Of a stretch of DNA of 54,154 bases, positions 46,501-54,154 are shown in pieces. The stretch spans positions 1-54,154 of the IMG/VR virus record IMGVR_UViG_3300042889_000421; one strand, given 5' to 3'. Every line of letters begins with the position of its first letter. Within the stretch, counting starts at the first letter, position 1. Origin of the DNA: a virus. Lineage: Duplodnaviria; Caudoviricetes. The notes under the pieces were generated by a model. That model searched no databases. It saw only the letters and a program-made list of their open reading frames with translations, and was not told where the DNA came from. The translations under genes were made by a program, and so were the position numbers.

Positions 46501-48038
46501 TTCAAATAAGACCAGTGGTAAATGGCATTCCTAGTGCAGTTGATATAGTTCCATTCGCTACTTCTTCTTTGTCTGCATCACAAGTGAATACAACAGTGTA
46601 TCCATCAACAGATGCTAATTCAGCAACTAAATTTAGGTTTTCATCTCCTATATATTTGTCAGCTGGAACATATTCGATTGTTATTATATCACCATCTATC
46701 GATTATGAACTATTTACTGCAACATTAGGAAATTTTAGGTTAGATAGTTTGACTTCTAGAATAGCAGAACCACCGTATTCTGGTGATCTATTTAAAAGTT
46801 CAAATTCACAAACGTGGCTTCCTTCTCCTTATCAAGATTTATGCTTTGTTATAAACAGATGTAATTTCGTTCCATCTGGGGAACTGTCTTTTATCTCTAG
46901 TAAACCAGTTTCTAATTTTGAACTGCAATATAATAAATTTATACCATCGACACGTTATAATCAAGATTCTATCATAAGAGTTGAATCTGCTGAAAATACT
47001 GATAGGGTATATATGGTCACAACTCAAGGAACAAATGGAATAAGTGGAACAACTGCTCCAACTCATACTACAGGCACTGAAACAAATGGTTCATTAAGCC
47101 TTTTATTCCTAAGAACTGAAGCAAGATGGCAAACTATTCCTGTTGCATATGATGTTATATACCAACAAGGCGAAAATTTATCCTTCAATAAAACTGATAC
47201 TAAATATTATTATAAATCAACAAATGAAGCAGGTGTTACAGATACAAATTATACTGGCATAATGAAAGATATATCATACGACTTACCTGAAAGAAAAGTT
47301 ATAGATTCTGTAAGTAAAGATTTATTCTCTAAAATTGAATTGACTACTGAAGACGATAAACTTTCACCTGTTATAGATATCTTTAGACTATCAAATATTC
47401 TGGTAAAAAACCTTGTAAATTCCGATACAATAGCACCTAATTTTATTGCTAGTACAGCTATTACTGCTGATAAATATATAAAAGTCCTATATGGCTCTAT
47501 GTATAAAATGTATTCTGTTATTGTTCCTGGGGTAACAAGTACATTGGCTCCATCTTTTGATGGTAATGATACCTTGAATGGTAGTGCATTATTGAGGTAT
47601 ATAGGAGAAACACATAATGGTGATACTGAACTATTACCTGCTGGTGGGATGGCTTTATCAAAATATATAACTAGAAAAGTTATCTTGGCAGATGGATTCG
47701 AATCTACTGATATTGTCGTTAGATTTAATGCTAATACTCCAATTGGATCTTCTATAAAGGTTTATTATAAAGCAGTATTTGTTAGCGGAAATAACACTTT
47801 AGAACAATCTCCTTATTATGAAATGAGTATGTCAGAAAGAGGTGCTTCCTTTACATCACAATATGTTGAACATAAATTTATATGTGATTACGATGATGTT
47901 GCAAGTCCAGGAGTTAGGTTCGCTTTACCAAATAAACAATTATTTAACCAATTCATTATTAAGATTGTTATGTTATCAACAGATACAGTTATTGTTCCTA
48001 AAATTAGAGACTTAAGGGTTATTGCTTTAAATGATTGA
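43587..48038 (+). CDS. Large virion protein, VrlC/DUF4815-like, C-terminal part with two Ig-like (Big_5/SbsA-type) domains
   Basis: RSR.I.F...LKP.T..Y.FFD, DPLAQTF, LFKSSN..TW, KYITRKV.L, PKIRDLRVIAL; duplicated LSFVGNTLTINP. Confidence 0.8.
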   Translation: MMATVSANNPTTTTTQGSTTPINPDPTAVITLGVAAAALLAATQPPVVSMDVSATYNASTTQSQVGLQFGSTQSTNTVSIGESVIDISVINTIRSRSINFSAYHLKPLTNLYAFFDNVNVDNYVFTSTRLVLDKAIPEKYSKEFTLTDSVVTVLFAKGKTAFIRQKFNDPSLITNHTLTAADTFTWGNETYNETYEITAINQDEKLTTDKDGYVAGVFVLPNTDQASFKTGTRSFLLCDSVTNNSAEIHTAAEFSYYASGTTQTKQATTLATRINQVTIDPILKSSTTEVATTVAAPTASSPSNPITITVDSSNPYITAYSPTLGQTGIAVNSNIVFTFSENIVKGGGNIVLKKSNGTVVETFDIATSTRLSFVGNTLTINPTADLFKDVTYYVDIPYDSIRDAVANPYAGSSNYSFTTIPEPVVVGVPTTLSAISFFPSDGATDIDMGTNIKIEFNSGILKGTGTINLYIGATVFEAFDVATSTLLSFVGNTLTINPSQNLSPITKYVVGIPGTAIKSAENNSIFWVGTTQYDFTTPIATTNIVIGKTVERRHSVTDYEIDFSTGLGMCGIDVTQCLGGGPTVEGVESFQLIWDGKIVAGSGGTLEEPSFVTSDVSPFTKIGKRYKGIHNWVTIIPPTKTNPLKYRFNKDKSYPKGALLRVTSWGSNTWNSVLPASTIVTDGRANLNLTPNNTNFAPPKLDGILSMWHLGDKAFYSNTKSQFGLPNNVGGKSIATLQYRGQNNEILYANRGQCLVTFPAGNKTITYTIANNGKGPGTIESVNVNMSQDYSGASAKSPAYNLPFRANITTAISNIVSVSKKVRTNRTAFPITLQVGESVVFNVTVTWPYVFYSPAFDWAAKTGLTQPISYNKLSKLSNYAAIIADYKKTVYEPVKAINTFLLNWEVTPLYAGDPKLDVSSNLKLISNATAIANIDPLAQTFFINPSEHPEGYFVSSIDLYFKKKSFTDDITVQIRPVVNGIPSAVDIVPFATSSLSASQVNTTVYPSTDANSATKFRFSSPIYLSAGTYSIVIISPSIDYELFTATLGNFRLDSLTSRIAEPPYSGDLFKSSNSQTWLPSPYQDLCFVINRCNFVPSGELSFISSKPVSNFELQYNKFIPSTRYNQDSIIRVESAENTDRVYMVTTQGTNGISGTTAPTHTTGTETNGSLSLLFLRTEARWQTIPVAYDVIYQQGENLSFNKTDTKYYYKSTNEAGVTDTNYTGIMKDISYDLPERKVIDSVSKDLFSKIELTTEDDKLSPVIDIFRLSNILVKNLVNSDTIAPNFIASTAITADKYIKVLYGSMYKMYSVIVPGVTSTLAPSFDGNDTLNGSALLRYIGETHNGDTELLPAGGMALSKYITRKVILADGFESTDIVVRFNANTPIGSSIKVYYKAVFVSGNNTLEQSPYYEMSMSERGASFTSQYVEHKFICDYDDVASPGVRFALPNKQLFNQFIIKIVMLSTDTVIVPKIRDLRVIALND

Positions 48039-48243
48039 TTTGATGGAAGTGGATGATACCAAAGACCTTATGAGGGATACTCACTCTAAGGCTTTACTAT
48101 CAGTCAATCAAAATAAATTAAAAGAGCATAACTTGAAACGTGATGCTCTCAGATTAGCATATAAAAATTCTTCAGATATTCTTAAATTGAATGATGATCT
48201 AACAGAAATAAAAGAACTTCTTAAACTTTTGATAAATAAATAA
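48031..48243 (+). CDS. Small coiled-coil protein typically following the VrlC-like gene
   Basis: L.RD..SKALL...DL.EIKELL pattern. Confidence 0.7.
   Translation: MIDLMEVDDTKDLMRDTHSKALLSVNQNKLKEHNLKRDALRLAYKNSSDILKLNDDLTEIKELLKLLINK
48231..48238 (+). promoter_or_regulatory. Late promoter variant
   Basis: GATAAATA upstream of ORF 48290. Confidence 0.45.
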
Positions 48244-48289
48244 CTGATACGATTATTAGTTCAACCATGAATATAGGTAAAATAAAAAT

Positions 48290-48925
48290 ATGGCTACATT
48301 AACACTGAGATCTGTTAAGGGAACACCATTAACTGTTGCAGAACTTGATGCAAATTTCACTAGCTTAAATAATGCTTATGGGACAGGTAATATAACAACA
48401 AATGTTGCTATTGGAAATTATGCGTTAAATTCTAACTCAACAGGATCTAATAATACCTCTATAGGGGTAAATGCACTCTATGGTAATACTACTGGGAGTT
48501 ATAATTTATCAGCTGGCGCTATTGCTGGTAGATATATTGCCGATGGAATAACTTCAGCAACTATCCTAAATAATTCTACTTTTATAGGATATGGAACTAG
48601 AGCGTCTGCTAACAACATTACAAATGAAACAGTAATAGGATATAATGCTATTGGTTCTGGTAGCAATTCAGTTACGTTAGGTGGAAGTACAGTTACTAAA
48701 ACTATTATACCATTCGGCAACGTGGGGATTGGGACGAGTTCGCCAAACGCATCAGCAATATTAGACGCACAAAGTACGACTAAAGGTGTGCGTATGCCTA
48801 ATATGACTACTACACAAAAGAACGCTATAGCTAGTCCTGCCGCTGGTCTCGTAATCTTTGACACAACTCTGGCAAAACTCTGTTTATATACAGGCGTGGC
48901 TTGGCAGACTATAACATCTGTGTAA
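48290..48925 (+). CDS. Short fibre-like virion protein
   Basis: LRSVKG.PLT..ELDANF anchor; N.AIG..AL..N.TG repeats; MTTTQKNAI.SPAAGL module. Confidence 0.75.
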   Translation: MATLTLRSVKGTPLTVAELDANFTSLNNAYGTGNITTNVAIGNYALNSNSTGSNNTSIGVNALYGNTTGSYNLSAGAIAGRYIADGITSATILNNSTFIGYGTRASANNITNETVIGYNAIGSGSNSVTLGGSTVTKTIIPFGNVGIGTSSPNASAILDAQSTTKGVRMPNMTTTQKNAIASPAAGLVIFDTTLAKLCLYTGVAWQTITSV

Positions 48926-48963
48926 GTATTACCATTTATATAACCAATTAAACAAGGAACAAT

Positions 48964-51447
48964 ATGACAACAATAGTTCTTAGGAGTGTTAAAGGATCTG
49001 CATTACTATCGACAGAAGTTGATGCAAACTTTACTAACTTAAATACCAATAAAGCAGAACTTGCTAGTCCATCTTTTACTGGAACTGTCACCACTTCTGG
49101 ATCATTTGCATCAACTATTGCTACTGGAACTGCACCATTATCTGTAACTTCAACAACTAATGTTGCTAATTTAAATGCTTCTTCTTTAAGTGGTGCTACT
49201 TTTGCAAGTCCAGGTGCTATTGGTGGAACAACTGCAGCATCAGGGGCATTTACAACATTATCTGTTTCATCAGGATTATCATATTCTTCCACGCTTACAG
49301 GCGGAACAGGTGTTATTACTATTGGAACCACTCAGATAATCAAAGATGCATCAGGTAATGTTGGACTTGGTGTTTCCCCATCTGGAACATATAAACTACA
49401 AGTTTCAGGAAATATTAGTGCAACATCATTTGTTGGAGCTGGAACTGGTTTAACAGGAACAGCTTCTGTTTTTACAGTTGGATATGCTGGAAATTCCAAT
49501 ACAGTTACTACAGTTACTGCTTCAAATTTAGCTGGTGCAGTAACTCCAGGAGCATCAGGTAATCTACTTACAAGCAATGGAACATCTTGGACTTCTGGTT
49601 CTCCTCCTACACCATTGCCATCACAAACAGGTAATTCGGGAAAATATTTAACTACTAACGGAACTGCTACTAGCTGGATAAACGCTGCAGCAGTAACTGA
49701 AGAATTAACAAATAAAACCATAACTCAACCAATATTAAAAGCATATAAAGAAACAATATATTCTCTTGGTTCGGTCACTACTGCTACTGTAAATATAGAT
49801 ACCAGTTTAGCTAATATATTTGATTTGACATTGACAGCTTCTACAATAGCTACATTCACAAATGTTGTTGGGTCAGGTTACGCAAGACCTATAACATTAA
49901 TTGTTAGACAACCAGCAAGTGGTGCAGGAAAAACATTAACTGTTACTGGCGCAAATTATATAGATGGTGCTGCACCAGTATTATCTACAGGCGTTAATCA
50001 AATAGATGTATTGACTTATTGGTCGCCAGATGGTGGCACTACCTTCTTTGGCACTTTTGCTATGGCTAATGGAGTTTACACAACTGGAACTCAAACTATT
50101 GGTGGAAGCAAAACCTTTAGCAGTACGGTTTTATTGGCAGATGGTGGTGTAATGTTTGCTTCTGATGGTGCCCAAGACACAGGTTTTTCTTGGGCATCTG
50201 ATGGTGTAATGAATGTAAGATGTAATGCAAGTACCGTTGGACAGTTTACTTCTTCAGGATTTACAGGTAATTCAGCAACTGCTACAAACGCTACTAATCA
50301 GAGTGGTGGTACTGTTAATGCCACAACTATAACAGGGTCATCAGACGCAGCTATTAACGGCATGACTGTTGGTAAAGGCGGAGGCAATGGAGGCACTCTA
50401 GCGGATAACGCAGCCATTGGGCGGAACGCACTCCAAAGCAACACCACAGGCTACTACAACTCAGCTAGTGGGTCGTACGCACTCTTCAGCAACACCACAG
50501 GCTCCAGCAACACAGCCAGCGGGATGTCCGCACTCAACAGCAACACCACAGGCATCAGCAACACAGCCATTGGGCGGAACGCACTCCAAAACAACACCAC
50601 AGGCTCCAGCAACACAGCCAGCGGGATGTCCGCACTCCAAAGCAACACCACAGGCTACTACAACTCAGCTGTGGGTGTGGAGGCACTCCAGAACAACACC
50701 ACAGGCTTCCAGAACACAGCCAGTGGGGTGCAAGCACTCCAGAGCAACACCACAGGCTTCCAGAACACAGCCTGTGGTGTGAGCGCACTCTTCAGCAACA
50801 CCACAGGCTACTACAACGCAGCTAGTGGGTATCAAGCACTCAACTACAACACCACAGGCAACTGGAACACAGCCAACGGGGTGTACGCACTCTTCAGCAA
50901 CACCGAAGGCAGCAGCAACACAGCTGTGGGTGAATCAGCACTTGTCAGCACCACAGGCAATTACAACACAGGTTTGGGGCGTTATGCGGGATATAATTCA
51001 ACCACTGGTAGTGGTAATGTTTCTATAGGAGGTATAAACAGTTCAGGGACATTTGCTCCAGCATATAATATAACTACAGAAAGTAATCATGTTTATATAG
51101 GGTCAACCGCAGTTACTAAGGCGGTATGTAAAGTTGCATGGACTATTTCTTCTGATGCTAGAGATAAAACTAACTTTGCCGTAGTCCCTCACGGTTTAGA
51201 TTTTGTAACCAAACTTAAACCTACTGCATATCAATTCACAGAAGATAGAGTTAGTAATGTTGCTGTAGGGGATGTTAAATATGGGTTTTTAGCTCAAGAC
51301 ATTCTCGAATTAGAAGGAGCTTCACCAGTTCTTATTGATGCTGGAAATCCTGACAATTTGTATTACACGGAGTCAAATCTTATCCCTATATTAGTGAACG
51401 CAATCAAAGAACTTACCTCACGTCTTGAACTTTTGGAAGGTAAATAA
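48964..51447 (+). CDS. Tail fibre with 17-aa beta-roll repeats and a C-terminal peptidase S74 intramolecular chaperone
   Basis: SSDARDKTN...GFLAQD...LVNAIKEL coiled coil. Confidence 0.85.
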   Translation: MTTIVLRSVKGSALLSTEVDANFTNLNTNKAELASPSFTGTVTTSGSFASTIATGTAPLSVTSTTNVANLNASSLSGATFASPGAIGGTTAASGAFTTLSVSSGLSYSSTLTGGTGVITIGTTQIIKDASGNVGLGVSPSGTYKLQVSGNISATSFVGAGTGLTGTASVFTVGYAGNSNTVTTVTASNLAGAVTPGASGNLLTSNGTSWTSGSPPTPLPSQTGNSGKYLTTNGTATSWINAAAVTEELTNKTITQPILKAYKETIYSLGSVTTATVNIDTSLANIFDLTLTASTIATFTNVVGSGYARPITLIVRQPASGAGKTLTVTGANYIDGAAPVLSTGVNQIDVLTYWSPDGGTTFFGTFAMANGVYTTGTQTIGGSKTFSSTVLLADGGVMFASDGAQDTGFSWASDGVMNVRCNASTVGQFTSSGFTGNSATATNATNQSGGTVNATTITGSSDAAINGMTVGKGGGNGGTLADNAAIGRNALQSNTTGYYNSASGSYALFSNTTGSSNTASGMSALNSNTTGISNTAIGRNALQNNTTGSSNTASGMSALQSNTTGYYNSAVGVEALQNNTTGFQNTASGVQALQSNTTGFQNTACGVSALFSNTTGYYNAASGYQALNYNTTGNWNTANGVYALFSNTEGSSNTAVGESALVSTTGNYNTGLGRYAGYNSTTGSGNVSIGGINSSGTFAPAYNITTESNHVYIGSTAVTKAVCKVAWTISSDARDKTNFAVVPHGLDFVTKLKPTAYQFTEDRVSNVAVGDVKYGFLAQDILELEGASPVLIDAGNPDNLYYTESNLIPILVNAIKELTSRLELLEGK
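50407..51015 (+). repeat. About 12 x 51-bp coding tandem repeat (NxAxGxxALxxNTTGxx)
   Basis: Recurrent GCACTC...AACACCACAGGC; markedly C-rich relative to flanks. Confidence 0.9.
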
Positions 51448-51669
51448 ATGTTAGAAATCACACCTGAACAAATCGCCAAGCACTACTCAGCAGCTATGGA
51501 CTCAGTGAACCTAATCAATGGTGTTAAGCCTGCGATGATGGATGACATTGAGTGGGCAGATATAATCAAAAGAAACAAAGAACACATTGAAATTATGTTG
51601 GCTAAAGATTACTGGACAACTGAAGATTTAACACCATTCGAGAAGGAAATAAATAATGATAGAAATTAA
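51448..51669 (+). CDS. Small fibre-associated protein
   Basis: HYSAAMDSV.LIN...RNKEH.EIM.AK..W; abuts the fibre gene. Confidence 0.65.
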   Translation: MLEITPEQIAKHYSAAMDSVNLINGVKPAMMDDIEWADIIKRNKEHIEIMLAKDYWTTEDLTPFEKEINNDRN

Positions 51670-51693
51670 TCCAGCACAGCAACCTTATATTTA

Positions 51694-51701
51694 TATAAAT
51701 A
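51694..51701 (+). promoter_or_regulatory. T4 late promoter
   Basis: Exact TATAAATA upstream of ORF 51720. Confidence 0.75.
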
Positions 51702-51719
51702 CATAAGAAAATAATAGAT

Positions 51720-52043
51720 ATGTCAACTAATTTAGATATAAATAAAAATACAGATTATACTAGAACTTTTACAGTTATGGACACAAATAATACTGTAATT
51801 AATTTAAATGGATTTACAATGTCATCACAATTAAGAAGAACACCATTATCGACAGCAAGTGTTTCTTTTACAATGAGTTTTATAGATGCTGCAGCTGGTA
51901 AAGTGCAAATGTTTTTACCACATAGTATCACTAATACACTTGAAGGTAAATATTTTTATGATATTTTCTTAACAGATCCAAGCTCTCTTAAATTTAAAAT
52001 TGAAGACGGTTTAATTTTCATCCACCCTAACATAACACAATAA
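51720..52043 (+). CDS. Small virion structural protein (BppU-N-like beta sandwich)
   Basis: INL.G....SQLR...G.Y.YDI...K..DG...P pattern. Confidence 0.65.
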   Translation: MSTNLDINKNTDYTRTFTVMDTNNTVINLNGFTMSSQLRRTPLSTASVSFTMSFIDAAAGKVQMFLPHSITNTLEGKYFYDIFLTDPSSLKFKIEDGLIFIHPNITQ

Positions 52044-52044
52044 T

Positions 52045-52311
52045 ATGACTGAAATAGTATCAATACCAACAGGAGTAGATTTTTCTGCTCAAATTAACCT
52101 AACTTCATCTGAAGATTTACCTGTAATGTTCACTGCAAAGGGAAATATTCCTCTTGATGCAATGAGATATGAAACTGAATGGACTACAGATATCCATTAT
52201 ATTATGTTTAGTGAAAGGTGGTTCTTAGATGAGGAATTAGTAAAATCAAATTCACACTGTTTTGGAGCTAATCCATTAGTAGGTGAAACTTCAGCACAAC
52301 AATCTTTTTAA
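52045..52311 (+). CDS. Hypothetical protein
   Basis: 88-aa ORF in the late operon. Confidence 0.65.
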   Translation: MTEIVSIPTGVDFSAQINLTSSEDLPVMFTAKGNIPLDAMRYETEWTTDIHYIMFSERWFLDEELVKSNSHCFGANPLVGETSAQQSF

Positions 52312-52322
52312 GGAAATAAACA

Positions 52323-52784
52323 ATGGCAAGTACATACGGTCTATGCAGTTCATTCAAAACTGAACTATTAAATTCATATCATAATTTTGCTGCAGCAAAT
52401 CCAGTTAGAGTAGCTTCAACAGCTGATGTGTTTAAAGGTGCATTATATTTAACTGCAGCAACACTATCTGTAGCTACTACAGCATATGCAGCTACAAATG
52501 AAGTAGCAAACTCTGGTTCTTATACTGCAGGCGGTCAAACAATTACAAATGCATCTGCACCTGCTCTTTCTGGTACAACTGCTTGTTGGACTCCATCAGG
52601 TAGTTTATCTTGGACTACTTTCAGCGCAACAGGTTTTGATACATTATTAATTTATAATTCTTCTCAAGGTAATAGAGCTGTTGGTGTTTTTGGATTTTCT
52701 CTACAAACTATTACAGCTGGAACTTTTACACTTACTATGCCAGCAACAAATACTGCAGGTGTTGCTTTATTGCAATTAGCATAA
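52323..52784 (+). CDS. Virion structural protein
   Basis: CSSFK.EL...HNF...FK.ALY...TT.Y..TNEV..GY.AGG pattern. Confidence 0.7.
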   Translation: MASTYGLCSSFKTELLNSYHNFAAANPVRVASTADVFKGALYLTAATLSVATTAYAATNEVANSGSYTAGGQTITNASAPALSGTTACWTPSGSLSWTTFSATGFDTLLIYNSSQGNRAVGVFGFSLQTITAGTFTLTMPATNTAGVALLQLA

Positions 52785-52808
52785 GAGTTTTTAATTAAAC
52801 TAATTATA

Positions 52809-52836
52809 AAGTCTATGCTTCGGTATAGACTTATTT
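52809..52836 (+). terminator. Hairpin with a C(UUCG)G tetraloop
   Basis: AAGTCTATGC-TTCG-GTATAGACTT followed by ATTT. Confidence 0.75.
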
Positions 52837-52857
52837 AATATCTATGGAGCAATAATA

Positions 52858-53790
52858 ATGGCATTGGTTTTAGCTGATAGAATAAAAGAAAGTACAACTG
52901 TCACTAGCACAGGTCCTGCTACATTATTAGGTGCTGCAACAGGATTTCAAGCCTTTAGTGTTTTAGGTAATGGAAGCACTACTTATTATTGTATTTCCGA
53001 TCAAACTGGAGCAAATTGGGAAGTAGGATTAGGAACATATTCTACAACAGGTCCAACGCTCACTCGTACCACCATAATATCATCATCAAATTCAGGTTTA
53101 GCTGTCAATTTTGGGGCAGGAACCAAAGATATTTTTGTAACAATTCCTGCAGAAAAAGGTGTTTGGACAGATACTGCTGGAACAACTGGTCAAGTATTAA
53201 CTACATCAACAACAGGAAGTGCACCTACTTGGGTGACTCCTGGCACTAATGTTGGGTTTCAAAGAACAGTATCTACAATTACTCCAACAGCAGGAACTAC
53301 AGTTTTTACAGTTACTTATACTGTTGGATATATCGATGTCTTTCAAAATGGTGTTAAATTGGTAATTGCTGATGATTTTGTTGCTACCAATGGAACTTCT
53401 GTAACTCTTTCTGTTGCAACATTAACTGGTGATTTAATAGAATTTGTCACATATCTTTCTTTTTCTGGACAACCAGGATATACAGCACCTAGATCAACAA
53501 CTATTACATCTTCAGCAACACCATCTATCAATACAGATACAACTGATATGTTTGGTATAACTGCCCAAGCAGTTACTATAACTGGGTTTACTATGACAGG
53601 AACTCCAGTTAATGGGCAAAAATTATGGATATATATAACTGGAACGGCAGCTCAATCTATTACTTGGGGAACTTCTTTTGAAAGTGCAACTGCTACGTTA
53701 CCTATAACAACAGTTCTTACAAATAGATTAGACATTGGATTTATTTGGAATATAGCCACTTCAAAATGGCGATGTATGGCAACAGGATAA
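52858..53790 (+). CDS. Fibre-like virion protein
   Basis: MAL.LADR.KE...WEVG.GTY...L.R N-domain; DVF.NGVKL...DF.ATNGTS module. Confidence 0.75.
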   Translation: MALVLADRIKESTTVTSTGPATLLGAATGFQAFSVLGNGSTTYYCISDQTGANWEVGLGTYSTTGPTLTRTTIISSSNSGLAVNFGAGTKDIFVTIPAEKGVWTDTAGTTGQVLTTSTTGSAPTWVTPGTNVGFQRTVSTITPTAGTTVFTVTYTVGYIDVFQNGVKLVIADDFVATNGTSVTLSVATLTGDLIEFVTYLSFSGQPGYTAPRSTTITSSATPSINTDTTDMFGITAQAVTITGFTMTGTPVNGQKLWIYITGTAAQSITWGTSFESATATLPITTVLTNRLDIGFIWNIATSKWRCMATG

Positions 53791-53794
53791 TAAA

Positions 53795-54028
53795 ATGATA
53801 ACTATACCTTTTGAAAAATCAGATGATACCGGATTATATGTCCTGAGAGATGCCCTTGTGCTTCCTGATGACCACAGTTTTACAGATGATGAGTTGGAAA
53901 CGATGAAGCAAGGGCGTTTTGATGATTGGTATTTGATAGTCACTACACCACCGATTGAGTATGAGCTTGATGCCGAGGGCAATACTATCCTTGATGAGAA
54001 CGGCAATCCAATACTTTTAGGAGCGTAG
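53795..54028 (+). CDS. Hypothetical acidic protein
   Basis: 77-aa ORF in the operon. Confidence 0.7.
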   Translation: MITIPFEKSDDTGLYVLRDALVLPDDHSFTDDELETMKQGRFDDWYLIVTTPPIEYELDAEGNTILDENGNPILLGA

Positions 54029-54029
54029 T

Positions 54030-54154
54030 GTGGCAAATCGGTACTGGGGTGGAGGCACAGGTGGTTGGAATACAACTAACACAGCTAACTGGTATAGTGA
54101 TTTAGCCCGTACCACTTTGGCTGGAGCTGTTCCAACGGCTGCTGATGATGTCTT
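54030..54154 (+). CDS. 5' end of a probable virion/fibre protein, truncated by the window
   Basis: GTG start after AGGAG; MANRYWGGGTGGWNTTNTANW...VPTAADDV. Confidence 0.7.
   Translation, partial: MANRYWGGGTGGWNTTNTANWYSDLARTTLAGAVPTAADDV

Noticed and set aside
50407-51015. CRISPR array or DGR template/variable repeat
   Set aside because: Repeats are in-frame coding units without unique spacers; differences are not confined to adenines; no reverse transcriptase or cas gene in the window
357-54075. Many antisense or alternate-frame ORFs inside long genes (e.g. 31076-31540, 48948-49331, 50417-50782)
   Set aside because: Shadows of Gly/Thr-rich or repetitive coding sequence; no RBS or recognisable motifs
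1-54154. Alternative genetic code, tRNAs, introns or inteins
   Set aside because: Core genes are full length in the standard code; no cloverleaf, intron-like interruption or intein motifs noticed by eye

Overview
AT-rich segment of a large T4-like myophage genome, standard genetic code, no tRNA, rRNA, CRISPR or integrase seen. Layout: (1) 1-5.6 kb: phoH, an HNH endonuclease and small early genes behind perfect TTGACA-N16-TATAAT promoters. (2) 5.6-13.6 kb: a probable late operon of eight tandem ORFs, all starting with an M-[KI]-[ST]-F-K peptide like the T4 capsid-targeting sequence, so probably packaged and injected proteins; the three large ones combine two N-terminal domain types with two His-rich repeat types. 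(3) A SleB-like hydrolase, a 900-bp highly structured non-coding region, a ClpP-like protease and gp33-gp59-gp32. (4) A minus-strand block: tape-measure-like gene, gp26/gp51-like pair joined by a probable -1 frameshift, gp16, gp54, gp2, gp4. (5) A plus-strand baseplate/fibre module: gp48, gp53, gp27-like, split gp5 with GH19-like and M15 domains, extended PAAR, fibre plus chaperones, gp25, gp6, gp7, gp8, split DUF4815/VrlC-like gene and more fibres. Best leads for something undescribed: the modular packaged-protein array, the gp26/gp51 frameshift, an exact GC-rich 19-mer at fibre module boundaries, and the structured intergenic region. All family calls come from motifs recognised by eye; no searches were run.
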